DNA from: Podospora anserina
Lineage: Eukaryota
DNA length: 64,000 nucleotides
Assembly (NCBI GenBank): GCA_017654855.1
Contig: CM030336.1
Coordinates: forward strand, 2,232,001-2,296,000
Direction: 5' to 3'
Shown: positions 1 through 10,271 of the stretch, in pieces
How the letters are laid out: each line of letters begins with the position of its first letter
Position numbering within the stretch: position 1 is the first letter of the stretch
Notes under the pieces: model-generated
What the model saw: the letters and a program-made list of their open reading frames with translations, nothing else
What the model was told of the DNA's origin: nothing
Databases searched by the model: none
Translations under genes and position numbers: made by a program

Positions 1-1189
1 AAGGTCGGCCTCGGACGCATTGCCGTAGAAGACGCATCCAGGGCCAAACTTCTCAAGAATCTTGAGGGTGTCAACATAAGGGAACCCGAAGTTGACCGAC
101 TTGAGACCTCCACGCGCTCCAAGAAGGGCACGGTGAGCGTTAAAGATGGCGTTCATGCCGGCTGGGAAAAGATAGATGTCATCCTCGCGGAGGTTGACAA
201 CACCACGGGTATTGGATTCCATCTCCTTTTCGGGCACCGGGCTAGCTGTTAGTTCACGATCGCTTCTGAGCGCCCCGGCAATTCGCCGTTTGATGGCCGA
301 TTTGGCGGGCTCAACAAAAGAAACATCCAGGTTCCGACCGAAGCGCTCCTCCAAGAATCGCGACGTCTCCTCTCTGTCAGGGACGGTTGTTGACGTTTGG
401 GATGTGGTTGATGGCTTTCCTGCGTCGAGAGAGCCCCCTCGTTGGTAACGCTTTGGTCCTCTGCATGGCTTTGGGCTCATGGGCGCGGCCGTGTTCTTGG
501 GGGGTTCATCCACACGCAACAGACCATCCTTGAAGAGACTGTGACAGAACTCTGCCCTGCGGCTAGAGACACCATCGCCCGTGTGCTGCCAATACTGCTT
601 CAGAAAACTGAAACCCTCGGGAGAGCAGATGACGGCCGAGATAGAGGGAGATAGCCCACGAAGAGCCTTGGACTGCGGGTTTGCCGGGTCAAGAACCAGA
701 TGCAGAACTTCAAGAGATGACACGATGGCAGGAGGAGCGCGTAATTTGACAAAGCTCACACACCGGGCAGCAACCTGACGAGTTGGGAACAGAAAAGCAA
801 CCAGCCCTTTCCGCCCAGTTTTCTCCAGAATGTCTTTGGCAAAAGCTTGGATGCTCCTGTGGATGAAAAAGCTGGAGAATAGATTGCCGTTTTAGTATCA
901 TGGCACATGATCAAGACCTTTGAAAATGAATGGTGCGAGCAGAAAAGATGAAGCAAGTGACATACCGAGGATAACCAGTGGTCATACTGCCAACAACCCA
1001 GTCCTCTCCTTCTTCATAACCAACATTTGCTCTCCACGTTGGTAGTGACACGCTCACCGCCTAAGCAATCATCGAGATGTTGTGGTTAGCCACCAAGACC
1101 GAACATGTTTAAACAGTAAGAGTGACCATAAAGTTGCTTACATGCTCCGTGTGCGGCGGGATAGACTCGCCGAGGTTGAAGGCGGGCAT
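1..1189 (-). CDS. met-7: Cystathionine gamma-synthase (Str2/met-7 family), 3' part outside window
   Basis: Manual translation: exon1 1189-1142 [16 protein letters not shown]; exon2 1060-966 [32 protein letters not shown]; exon3 871-<1 starting FFIH and containing [11 protein letters not shown] and [16 protein letters not shown]...[15 protein letters not shown]. These motifs are typical of fungal Str2/MetB. Introns are GT-AG. Absent from the ORF track. Confidence 0.9.
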
Positions 1190-2628
1190 TGTATCTCAAG
1201 AAGCGTAGAGTCACAGTTTTGACTCGGTTGTTGCGCTCCTAACTTTGCAATCTCTCTGTCCTCGGCTTCGACAGCACGCAGAGCGTGATAAGATAGCGTC
1301 TGTTATGAGGTGGTGTACGCCGAAATCAGCGAGAGATTCCCCAAGTTTCTAGACAAGAGAGGAAATGGTCGAGCTCGATTGGTGGTACGGATACTGTCAA
1401 GGGGGATGGTACACTAAAACGGTCCAAGGTAGAGATGTGTGGTGGGTGCAGAGTGGATGGGTGTACCCACGTTTCCGACGTCCAGAATTGACCAATTATG
1501 AACTTTATTTTATACTAATGGAATGTTCCTGGTCCCTGTATCCGGTCCATCGTCTTAACTATGCCGCCACGAACTGCGTGGGATGGCGTGGGTTGGACTA
1601 TCAAAGCGAACAGTTGCACATTGCATTCCGAGTATCGGAGGCAAAAAACGGAGTCATTTTTTCTACCGGCTTCCTGATTTCTTGGATGTGTCTACATGCC
1701 TTACGGGTAACCAGCTTGTATCCCTCTTCCCTCCCGCCGCTACCAGCGAAACACATGGCATTCAACATCAAACAAGAGCAGAAAGAAGCACTGTCTGGTG
1801 CCGCTATGTCAGTGGGCAGTGACCAAGTGTGCTTGCCATGCCAAATGGTGTCAATGAAGCTTTGTGGACAGCGACCCCCACCTTTCCGGAACGTGCCCCA
1901 CTCTTGCTACCTACACCTCAATCCTCCCAGTCATCGAAGGACACAAGGATTGGCAGAGGACTAGAAGTGAGAGAGAGTCTCAATAGAAGACACTTTAGCA
2001 GGTTGCAAGTGGTATACCGGCGGCAACCAACCGTTTGATTCTGCCCGTGCTATGAAAACAAAATGTTCGGCCTATACATATGTCTGCATATTTCGGATGA
2101 CAGGGGTCCCAGTCTTGCGGCACTCCGGGCCCGGATGGGTCTCGTAGACGGTTGGTAGTTACGGGTACGAGCTCCCGACGCCGCCCGAAGCCGGTGGTGA
2201 TTGGCAGCGGTCCACCGTTGTAGCAGTCCAGTGCCATATTCACACCAAGTCGGACCACCGCGACCACTTTGTAAGCATGGCCAGTACATCCAATTTAGAT
2301 CCAGGCCCTATCCTGCCCGGTTCATTAACTCTAGCTTACATATGTCCACCATCCGTTTCTTTGCTCCCACCCTGAAAATGTCATGACCCAATGCACCTGT
2401 TCCCCCAACCAGTAATCTTTGCGTGTATCCATCTCCGCCATGATTTAGCCGCTCCCAGTACGTGATGCCCCCCTGAAAAAGCCAAACAAAAAATATAAAA
2501 AGAGAGCAGTAAAAGAAAGTGAAATCATCATACAGATCGCTCTGTGCCAAAACTAGCATGCTCTCACCCGTTCGGAAGAGTAGGTAGCCAATATGCGTCG
2601 CCTATATGCTCTAAATCAGATATCGTCA

Positions 2629-4416
2629 TTAACGACTCCTCCGGCTTCCAACACAGCTAATGCTATCGCTGGGCGCAATGCTGTCAGCATCATCATCGTC
2701 GTCGTCCTCCCCATAGCGAGCGCGACTGCTTCCTCCACCGCTCCGGGGAAGTGGCGCATGGCGGGCTGAATAGTATGCACCAGCTCGATTATCGCTGGGG
2801 TAGGTGGCCTCGCGAGCTGAGAGATACGGCGGTGCCCTCCCACTTGCGAGGAGCGGGTCGCGCGCCGACGTATACGGAGAAGCCCGGCTATCTGAGAATG
2901 GGATGTGACGGGCCGAGCCATAAATCTCCTCCCGGCTGTATCCTCGAGGACTGTCGCTAACCTTGTATGTTGTTGTGGTTACACGACTGCCCGACCTTGA
3001 GTGCGAGACAGGATGTGATGACGGCAGATAAGCATCCGCTGGCGATGCGCGGAGCGTATTACTGGACCTTTGGCTGCGCGAAGACACGTAGCTATCCCGT
3101 TCTGGGCCATCATACGTATACCCACGTTGGACAATGGGCGGATGTTTGGAGGACTTGGAGCTCACATAACCGCGGTACTCGGGCTCCCCGAGAAGATATG
3201 GCTCGCGGCTGTTGGCTGCTTCACTGCGTGGGCGTACAGAAGCCCGCGAACGGGGTATTGAGTGACGGCCCCGCGCATCGTCATAGGCGCCATCCACATC
3301 TCTGCTCCTCGGCGAGGTGACTTGGGTATATCGAGCAACGTAGTCTGGCCCTTGCCTCCGATAATCGAGACCGGAACCATACTCGTCAGAATACCGCCCC
3401 TTATCCGCGGGCCGCTCCGTGTCCAAATACCGGCCTTTGCGATCCAAATAGCTGTCATACTTGTCCGGGAAGGTGGAGCGGCGGCTAAAGGGGGGGGCAT
3501 CATAGTCGCCGTGCGCCGAAGCACGGGTGCGGTCGCCCCTGACCATGTTGTAGGTGAGAGCAGCTCCGGCAGCAACGCCAGCAACCCCGAGCAAAGTTCC
3601 GACAACAGCGCCGGCACTTAGTCCGGTCGAGTTCTCCCTGGCCGAGGCAGCCGGTTCGTAGTTGGAAGTGCCCGTCGTGACACTGCGCTTCAATCCTGCC
3701 GCCGGGGGAGGAGGCCTTCTCACGTCGTGGTCGTGGCCGTGGTGGTCGTCCTCGTCGTCGTAGTCTCCGACTTCTACTTCTTCTTCTTCTTCGTAGTCGT
3801 GGTAGCTCAGCGAGCGTCGTGGATCAGCCCGGGGTGGGCCGCTGTACGCAGAACTGGCACCGGCAGGGGCGGGTCGTGACGAGCCTGCCACGTCGAAATT
3901 CCAGGTCAATATACGGCCTGCTTCTTCGTCGGTTGACCGTGTGCGCCGGACAGTCGAGCCGCTGTAGTGTGGAGGGTAGTCGAGAGGGGGCTGGTACACA
4001 ATCTCCATGATGTTGTAGTCCAAGTCACTTATAACCACGCGGGTCCCGCCACTGTGCGTTGTCGCCCGGTGGGCAGACGCGCCACTGGCCGCCGGGTAGG
4101 CCTCGGCAGGGTGGCGCAAGTATGATGTGTCCCGAAGATCGGGATTAGCCCGAAATGCAAACCCAAAGGCTTCGTCGGCCGCGCCCGGCGAGGGAGCGCT
4201 GACCGCTATGCGTGAGCGCCTCAGGGGCCGGTCTCTGCTTGCGACCACCTGGCGGAGCTGGAAAACTGGATCCCGTTCTGAATTGCCAAATGTAACCGAC
4301 GGGAAGTGCCCGCGCTCTGTGCTGATGTGTCGGAGGCCCAGAGGTTCAACAATGGCGGAATAGAAAGACAACGATGAGGAGAGGTCCTCCACCTCGAGGA
4401 AAGGGAGTTGGGGCAT
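2629..4416 (-). CDS. Uncharacterised 595-aa protein: N-terminal VOC/glyoxalase-like fold, one Gly/Ala-rich hydrophobic segment, long S/R/Y-rich disordered tail
   Basis: Single long ORF. N-terminus LEVEDLSSSLSFYSAIVEPLGL...ISDLDYNIMEIVY resembles the VOC pattern. Hydrophobic segment GLSAGAVVGTLLGVAGVAAGAALTY. Confidence 0.75.
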   Translation of the reverse strand: MPQLPFLEVEDLSSSLSFYSAIVEPLGLRHISTERGHFPSVTFGNSERDPVFQLRQVVASRDRPLRRSRIAVSAPSPGAADEAFGFAFRANPDLRDTSYLRHPAEAYPAASGASAHRATTHSGGTRVVISDLDYNIMEIVYQPPLDYPPHYSGSTVRRTRSTDEEAGRILTWNFDVAGSSRPAPAGASSAYSGPPRADPRRSLSYHDYEEEEEVEVGDYDDEDDHHGHDHDVRRPPPPAAGLKRSVTTGTSNYEPAASARENSTGLSAGAVVGTLLGVAGVAAGAALTYNMVRGDRTRASAHGDYDAPPFSRRSTFPDKYDSYLDRKGRYLDTERPADKGRYSDEYGSGLDYRRQGPDYVARYTQVTSPRSRDVDGAYDDARGRHSIPRSRASVRPRSEAANSREPYLLGEPEYRGYVSSKSSKHPPIVQRGYTYDGPERDSYVSSRSQRSSNTLRASPADAYLPSSHPVSHSRSGSRVTTTTYKVSDSPRGYSREEIYGSARHIPFSDSRASPYTSARDPLLASGRAPPYLSAREATYPSDNRAGAYYSARHAPLPRSGGGSSRARYGEDDDDDDADSIAPSDSISCVGSRRSR

Positions 4417-6607
4417 TTTACACGGGGGAGAAGGGGTGAGGGGATCCAGGGCGGTTGTGCCTCAGCGGAAAGGCAGCAGCCTTCGGCAAGAGCACAATGA
4501 CAAGGAGCCTGTGTGATGAGTGTGGTGGTGCAACGCGACGGCGGCAGCAATAGGCCGGCAAACGGTCGAACTGCGTGCCCAAAACAGCCTTGGGGGTGTG
4601 ATGCTGTGGTGTTCAGGGCGCTGTGGCGTGACGAGGCAAGATGGCAGGGATTGTTCTGTGAGCTGGTATCCAAGCAAGCGCTGCCACGGGGATGACCATC
4701 ACCAAAAGAGGCCCAAGTTTCCAGCCCAGCTGCCCGTTTGACTCTTCTCGGGAATGGTGTAGAGCTTGGGCTCTTGGAGCGGAGGGGGAGAACAACTGTG
4801 AAGATGATATTCGCGCTCTGCAAAACGTTGCTCAGCTCGCTTGGTTTGAGTGGAACGCTGGACAATTTGGCAACAACGGCAATGTGTGCGTCGCCAGTCG
4901 GATCCATGCGACGCAGCACAGCTCAAGACTACTTGGAGAAAAGGGCCACAGGGCATGGGAATTATGGGGTACGAAAGGGCTGGCAAAACGGTGCCCAACC
5001 TCGAACGGGCAGCGATAGGGAGACATGCCCCGCAGTTGTGGTGCTCCTGACGCAAGTGGTTGACAGGGTCTCCAGATCTGAAAGATGGTGAGGGCCATTT
5101 TGAGACAAGGTGAAGTTCGTCCCCACTAGGAACTGCAGAACCGGGCAATTCGAAGCAACCCGGTTGGCTTGAGGCTTCGAAAGATCCTATCCTGCGAGTG
5201 GACGCTGAGCCACACCATCTTGTTGCAACAAGTATGCCATCCCTCGAGGGTGGGAGAAGGCTCAATGGAAAAGTGACAGGGCTCAGCCAGCAGGCTGTGG
5301 CAGTCTATTTTTCAAGACTGGGCCATCCTATAGGTTGCTAAGAGGATGCCACTCTGAGATACGTCCGCGGTGGTTACTTGAGAAAACCGCCAGGCTGTGT
5401 TCTGCTCTCCAGAGCTGATGATCTGCATTCATACCCCGAGCCAGATGGCGGCCTCTTGTGGCGACGGAACTGGCAAACTGACAGAATTGTTCGATCGGCT
5501 GGTCATGTTTTGTGGTCATGATAATCTTGAACCCCAACTGGTTATGAGGCCCTGCGAGGAGGCGGGGAAAGAAAACAGAGAGACGTTGTGGTGCTGACGA
5601 TGAGCCAATCATAGAGACCGCAACACTCGGAGCCAAGAACTGGTACCTGGATCTGAGTGGTCCGGGGAGCCAAGACGGAGTGACTGCAATGCGGCCCCGC
5701 GTGAGGCCGCCATTTGGTGCGGGGCCGATGAAGCGTGATTGCTGTTCGGAACTGTGCTGAGCGCCTATGAGGGAGCGGCCAGTATGGGAATGCAGTACAG
5801 ATGCCGGGCGTCATGCGGCACTGCATTGATATGGCTCAGTGAAGGTGGCTGTTCCTGTACGAGGAGGTAGATAGGTAGGTGCCTGGCTGCCTTCCAGTTG
5901 TCCCAGAGCATACTGAAATATAGTCGAGATTAGCGGGCGGCCAACCAAACTTGAAGCAAATCAACATATCAAACTAATCACGCATGAATTTGAACACAAG
6001 GTCTCGAAGACAACCGGTCAGGCAACTCCCACATCGCATTATGCTACCACAAAATCTTGACTATTCCACCCGGACGCAAACACCTCTCATACCACACCAT
6101 CAACATTGTGCCCTGCTTCGTTCTGTCTTACTACTGCCACCACAAAGGCCCCCCTGCCGTTCGGTAATTCCGCTTCTCGAAGCCTAGAATAGGGTATAGC
6201 TGTCACCGATCGAAGTGCCGCTTACCACGGCGCCGAGGTGGGGTTATTATGAATGAGGGGGTATGAACGTGTAAAAATAGGTTGCTTGAGTAAATAAAGA
6301 GTAAAGGAAAAGGGTAAGAAAGGCAGGCTATGAAATAGGGGATATGTGAGCCAAGTTGAAGTGGCACCACGCGACGACGAAAGCGTCTTGGATCCGTTGT
6401 TGAATGCCCCATGTTTTGGTTGCAAAAACACCGACAGCTCAAGCACAGACGACCCAAGTTCCGGTTGACAGTGATCGTTCACCGCGATGTTGTATCACGG
6501 AATAGATCATTGCGACCGCAGCTCCCCACCTTGTGAGACGGAGAGACCGACAGATCTTTTCATCCTGGACCCCAATTTCATGCCCGCGTTGTTGTCGGCA
6601 GGACTGA

Positions 6608-7857
6608 TTATAGAATGTCCCAGCAGTCCTCGGCGGCGTGGCAGAACTTGCTGCAGGCAACACTGGCTGAAAGGCTGTAGTTGCTGATCGAAATCTTCTC
6701 GTCCACATATGCGTCGGCAAAGTTGTCGGCGCCCTTGGCCATGGCGCCAACAAACACGCAGATGCTCTCGTCATCGCCGAGGGTGTCGACATAGTCGCGC
6801 ACACGAACCAGAGGGGCCTCGAAACTGAGCGTGACCTTCCGGCAGTTGGGCGGAAGATGATCGGTGATGGGGTTCTGAATCACCTTGAGAAGCTTCTCCT
6901 GCGAGTTGGCGCCCTTGATGGAAAGGCGGTGCAGCAGCTGCACCATCAGACCAGCGAAGCGTTTGAAGGTGCGCGGGATGCGAACAGAGGGGGACACCTC
7001 GATCAGAACACCCTTGGCTGTTTGAATATAGATCTGGAGTTTCCCTGCCTTGTTCACCGGCGAGTCGAGAAGGGTCAATAGGCACTGCGAAACACACGAC
7101 ATCTGTCAGCAAAAGGAACAATCTGCAAATGTGAGCCGTGGCATGTTCAAACCTGATGAGTGATATCTGGACGGGCATCACTGATGTCCCTGTTCATCTT
7201 GCGCATGACGCCAATGTGTTCGTCGCTGTTGAGCAAGGAGTACTTATCCTCCCTTTGCATGCCCATACGACCAGCGCCGCCGTGCGAGGCCTTGTAGGTT
7301 TCGAGGCTGGCATTAGAGAGGACGACGATAAGGCGCTTGGTGTTCTTGTCGGTTGGGGGGATAGGCACATGCTGCTCAGCAACCAGCTGCGGCAGGGCTG
7401 GAGGAGGCAACGACTGGGTACCTGTCATGTTGGATTGCCTGGTCAGAACACCGTAATTTGTTGAAAAAAAGGACTTCTGCACAGGAAGGCTTGTGGCTGC
7501 CGATCTGGTGTTGGCAATAGTCTCCAAACAAATTGTTTGATGGCTCTCAAGTTCAGTTGTGAAATAGAGAAAAAAATGGGATGCCCGCTGTTCGAGGGGA
7601 GACCCGGCAGTAGCTGGGCTCAACGAATCGAAACACCTGACTGGAAGTGGGGTCGTGCCAGAACCGGCCATCACGGCCATCTACCTATCTTGCGTGCTTG
7701 CCAAATGTCGCTCCAAAGTCGCAGAGACCGCAGAGACAAAAGAGAAATCACCAATAAGGACGCCGTCCACTGGCAGAACAGAGATAGCCATCAAAGGTGT
7801 GGCAATGGGAGACTTACGGGGCCGCTTGCCAGCACGGTACTCGGGGGAGGAAGACAT
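6608..7857 (-). CDS. EMG1: 18S rRNA pseudouridine N1-methyltransferase Emg1/Nep1 (SPOUT)
   Basis: Motifs [77 protein letters not shown]. Exons 7857-7818 ([13 protein letters not shown], then GTAAGT donor), 7421-7153 and 7084-6608 join in frame. Confidence 0.93.
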
Positions 7858-10271
7858 GTCTGTGGTGTATAGGCCGAACAGTGATGGGTTGATCTGAAGA
7901 GATGGAGAGGAGAACGGCGAGCGTGGCAATGGAGGTAAGTAAATATCAACGAAGCACTGGCGGACGAGGAAAAGTTTGAATTGGCGGTGAAAGTCGGAGA
8001 CAGAATGTTGAGAAGGGGCACGGTGCAAGGTGAGCGAAAGGTTATGGGGCTATTAATGCAAAAAAGAAAAGGCGCCGAACCGCAGATTCGGGTAATTTTC
8101 GACCTCTCTAGGTGGCATCTACCCGGAGTTTGGTGGGTACGGAACCTAGAGCAGTCGGGGTCCGGAGAGAGCATGGGCATCAGAGATAAGACCCCAGCCG
8201 GGACAACGGAGGAGCAAAGAGCTCGATGATGACCCGAACCACAATGCTCGGCACAGATCCCGCGTCTGGGAGCCGTTCAACAATGGCTTTTTGCAACGTC
8301 GTCTTAGCGTTGTCTCCCCCTACACAGCACATAGCAATCACTCAAGATGGTCGACCAGACCGCGGCGAAATCCTTTGACAGAGTTTTTTCTTGAAGTTTT
8401 GGCGATGCAACTCAACCCGCCCCAGGCTAAGCCTTTCCAGGAACGCCGAGGACAGGAGGGGTGGATGACGGGTCGGTCAAAGACGGAGCTGACGGAGGTG
8501 TTCCCCACTTCTTTCTGGCTGGCAGTATTACGCGGTTTACCGGATGGGCCAGCATTCTTACATACAGTAGACATGCCATGATCAACGACGCCAGCTGGGG
8601 TGATTGAAGCTTGTTCTTGTGCCCTCCCCACTCCCCAAAGACCCTGGCTTGGCAGAATAGGTAGACGGACGGTTGCCATTTGGATCGATGGTGGTAGCCA
8701 CGTATTGCTGTCACTCAACTATTCATCCGCCGTATCCGACTCGGGTCCTGGACGGCCAAGCTGACATGCATGGCGTTGCTGCTGGCCTCTTGGTGCGAAT
8801 GTTGGACAACAGGAGTGCGAGACCCGCCAGGCCCTCTTCTGGTCCTGGACCCGACTCATGTATAATAGTAGGTAAGAATTCGTCTGTTCGCGAGCGCAGA
8901 GGCAGAAAGTGAACTGGTTATTGAAGAAAGGCTGCGTACTCTCTCATACCTACTTCAAGATAAGGAAGGTAGTGTCTATATGCTGTCTGTCGAATAAAGA
9001 TGTGGTTCAATTGCTGAAGCGGCCTGGCCCGTTACACCGTTGCTCCCTCTGACAGGGCCCTTGTTTCACACCACGACGACCCCACTCCCCCGCGCCCCAC
9101 CTCTCCAACCTCAACACCTTCAACCTGGTACGTGCGCGGGCTTGTTTCCACATCCATCTCATCCCAACCGACACGCCGGAAAAGCGGACGAACACTTGTG
9201 CTTGACTTTTGGATATCAGGGCCAACTGTCGCTCGGTTGAGTCCAGATCACGAGCCCGGCGACAGTTCTATTTGCTACCTAACAACGGCCCGAGGTGCGT
9301 CTCAGCTAGAGAACTTGTGCAGAAATGACATTTGTGAAGCCAACATAGGTAGACACATCAGTGTCATCGCCGCTGTCGCCGCCGCCGCCGCCGCCGCGAT
9401 CCGGTGTGGTTTTTCAAAGCGTCGCCGTAAATCAACGTGGACTAGTCTAGGCCCCCTCCTTTTTCTTCTAGCTAGGCCACACGAACGTTGGCCTTTCGGA
9501 TTTCACCCTGTGCTCTGCCATCGTCATCTGTCCACCCTGGTTGCGGCCTTTGTCATGGTCGTCGCATCTTCGTGGCCGATGTGGCCGACACAGCGCTGAA
9601 TCTTCCCCAGACTTGCGATCTTCGAGTTGAGACTATACCCAAACTCGAACGCTAATACACCCGTGTCTTGTGTCGCTACAGCGTCCTCGCACCTCGATAT
9701 CGTCTGATCTACTGGGCTTCTTTGGCCTGGTCTCCCACCACCACCACCGCATTTCTCTCCTCCTCCCCAAGCCATCTCTCACACCAAGGCCGACGAATGT
9801 AGACAGATTCTCCGAACCTTACCCTTTTTGACTATCAAACCAGCCCTTTGCCACTTCTTTCTTCTGGCACCCTGTTTCAAGAGCACTATGCGGCCAGTTG
9901 ACCTCGCCCTCCGCTCTGTCCTGGGCCATATTCAGGCTCGCCGTCTCTTCTCTCTTCGGCCACGATGATGGATCCAAGAGGTCTCACCTGTCTTTCGGGC
10001 ACACATGTTGAGCTCGGAGGCCTGATATAACATATCCCCTCAAGCCACCTCCGTCGCTAGGTTCTCATTTTGTGATTTCCTTGTCTTGTGTGTAGTTACC
10101 AAGTCTCGATCCTTCTTTGTTCATTTTCTTCACACTTTTCTTTGATCCACTTGCCGGCCAGGTCTGGACAGATCACGTTGAGCGTGGATCCAATCCTACT
10201 TTCGTTCTCTTCATACATTCGTTTTTAGGCAGCTGGTTTGTATCGTTCTTTTACCTTGCCAGTCTGGCACC

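Noticed and set aside
1365..1964. 199-aa plus-strand ORF upstream of met-7
   Set aside because: No recognisable motifs, atypical W/C-rich composition, and it lies in a promoter region; probably spurious.
4221..5826. Several overlapping 100-230 aa ORFs upstream of the VOC-like gene
   Set aside because: No domain signal or coherent splice structure; consistent with GC-rich leader or promoter sequence.
7147..7680. ORF-track EMG1 start MAVMAG... at 7680
   Set aside because: The N-terminal ~85 aa look intronic (U-tracts, branch site and CAG at 7424-7422). The upstream exon at 7857-7818 with a GTAAGT donor splices in frame and fits better.
7590..7760. Short matches between the EMG1 intron and 18S rRNA as I recall it (e.g. 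UUGAGAGC, AUGGCCG, complement of CUCAAC)
   Set aside because: Matches are 6-9 nt, in mixed orientations, and based on remembered yeast rRNA. They are not distinguishable from chance without the species' rRNA and a statistical test.
8200..10200. Possible hidden gene or ncRNA in the long EMG1 / secreted-protein intergenic region, including a (GCC)n tract near 9378-9396
   Set aside because: I found no tRNA boxes, paired C/D boxes with terminal stems, or credible CDS; likely regulatory or UTR sequence.
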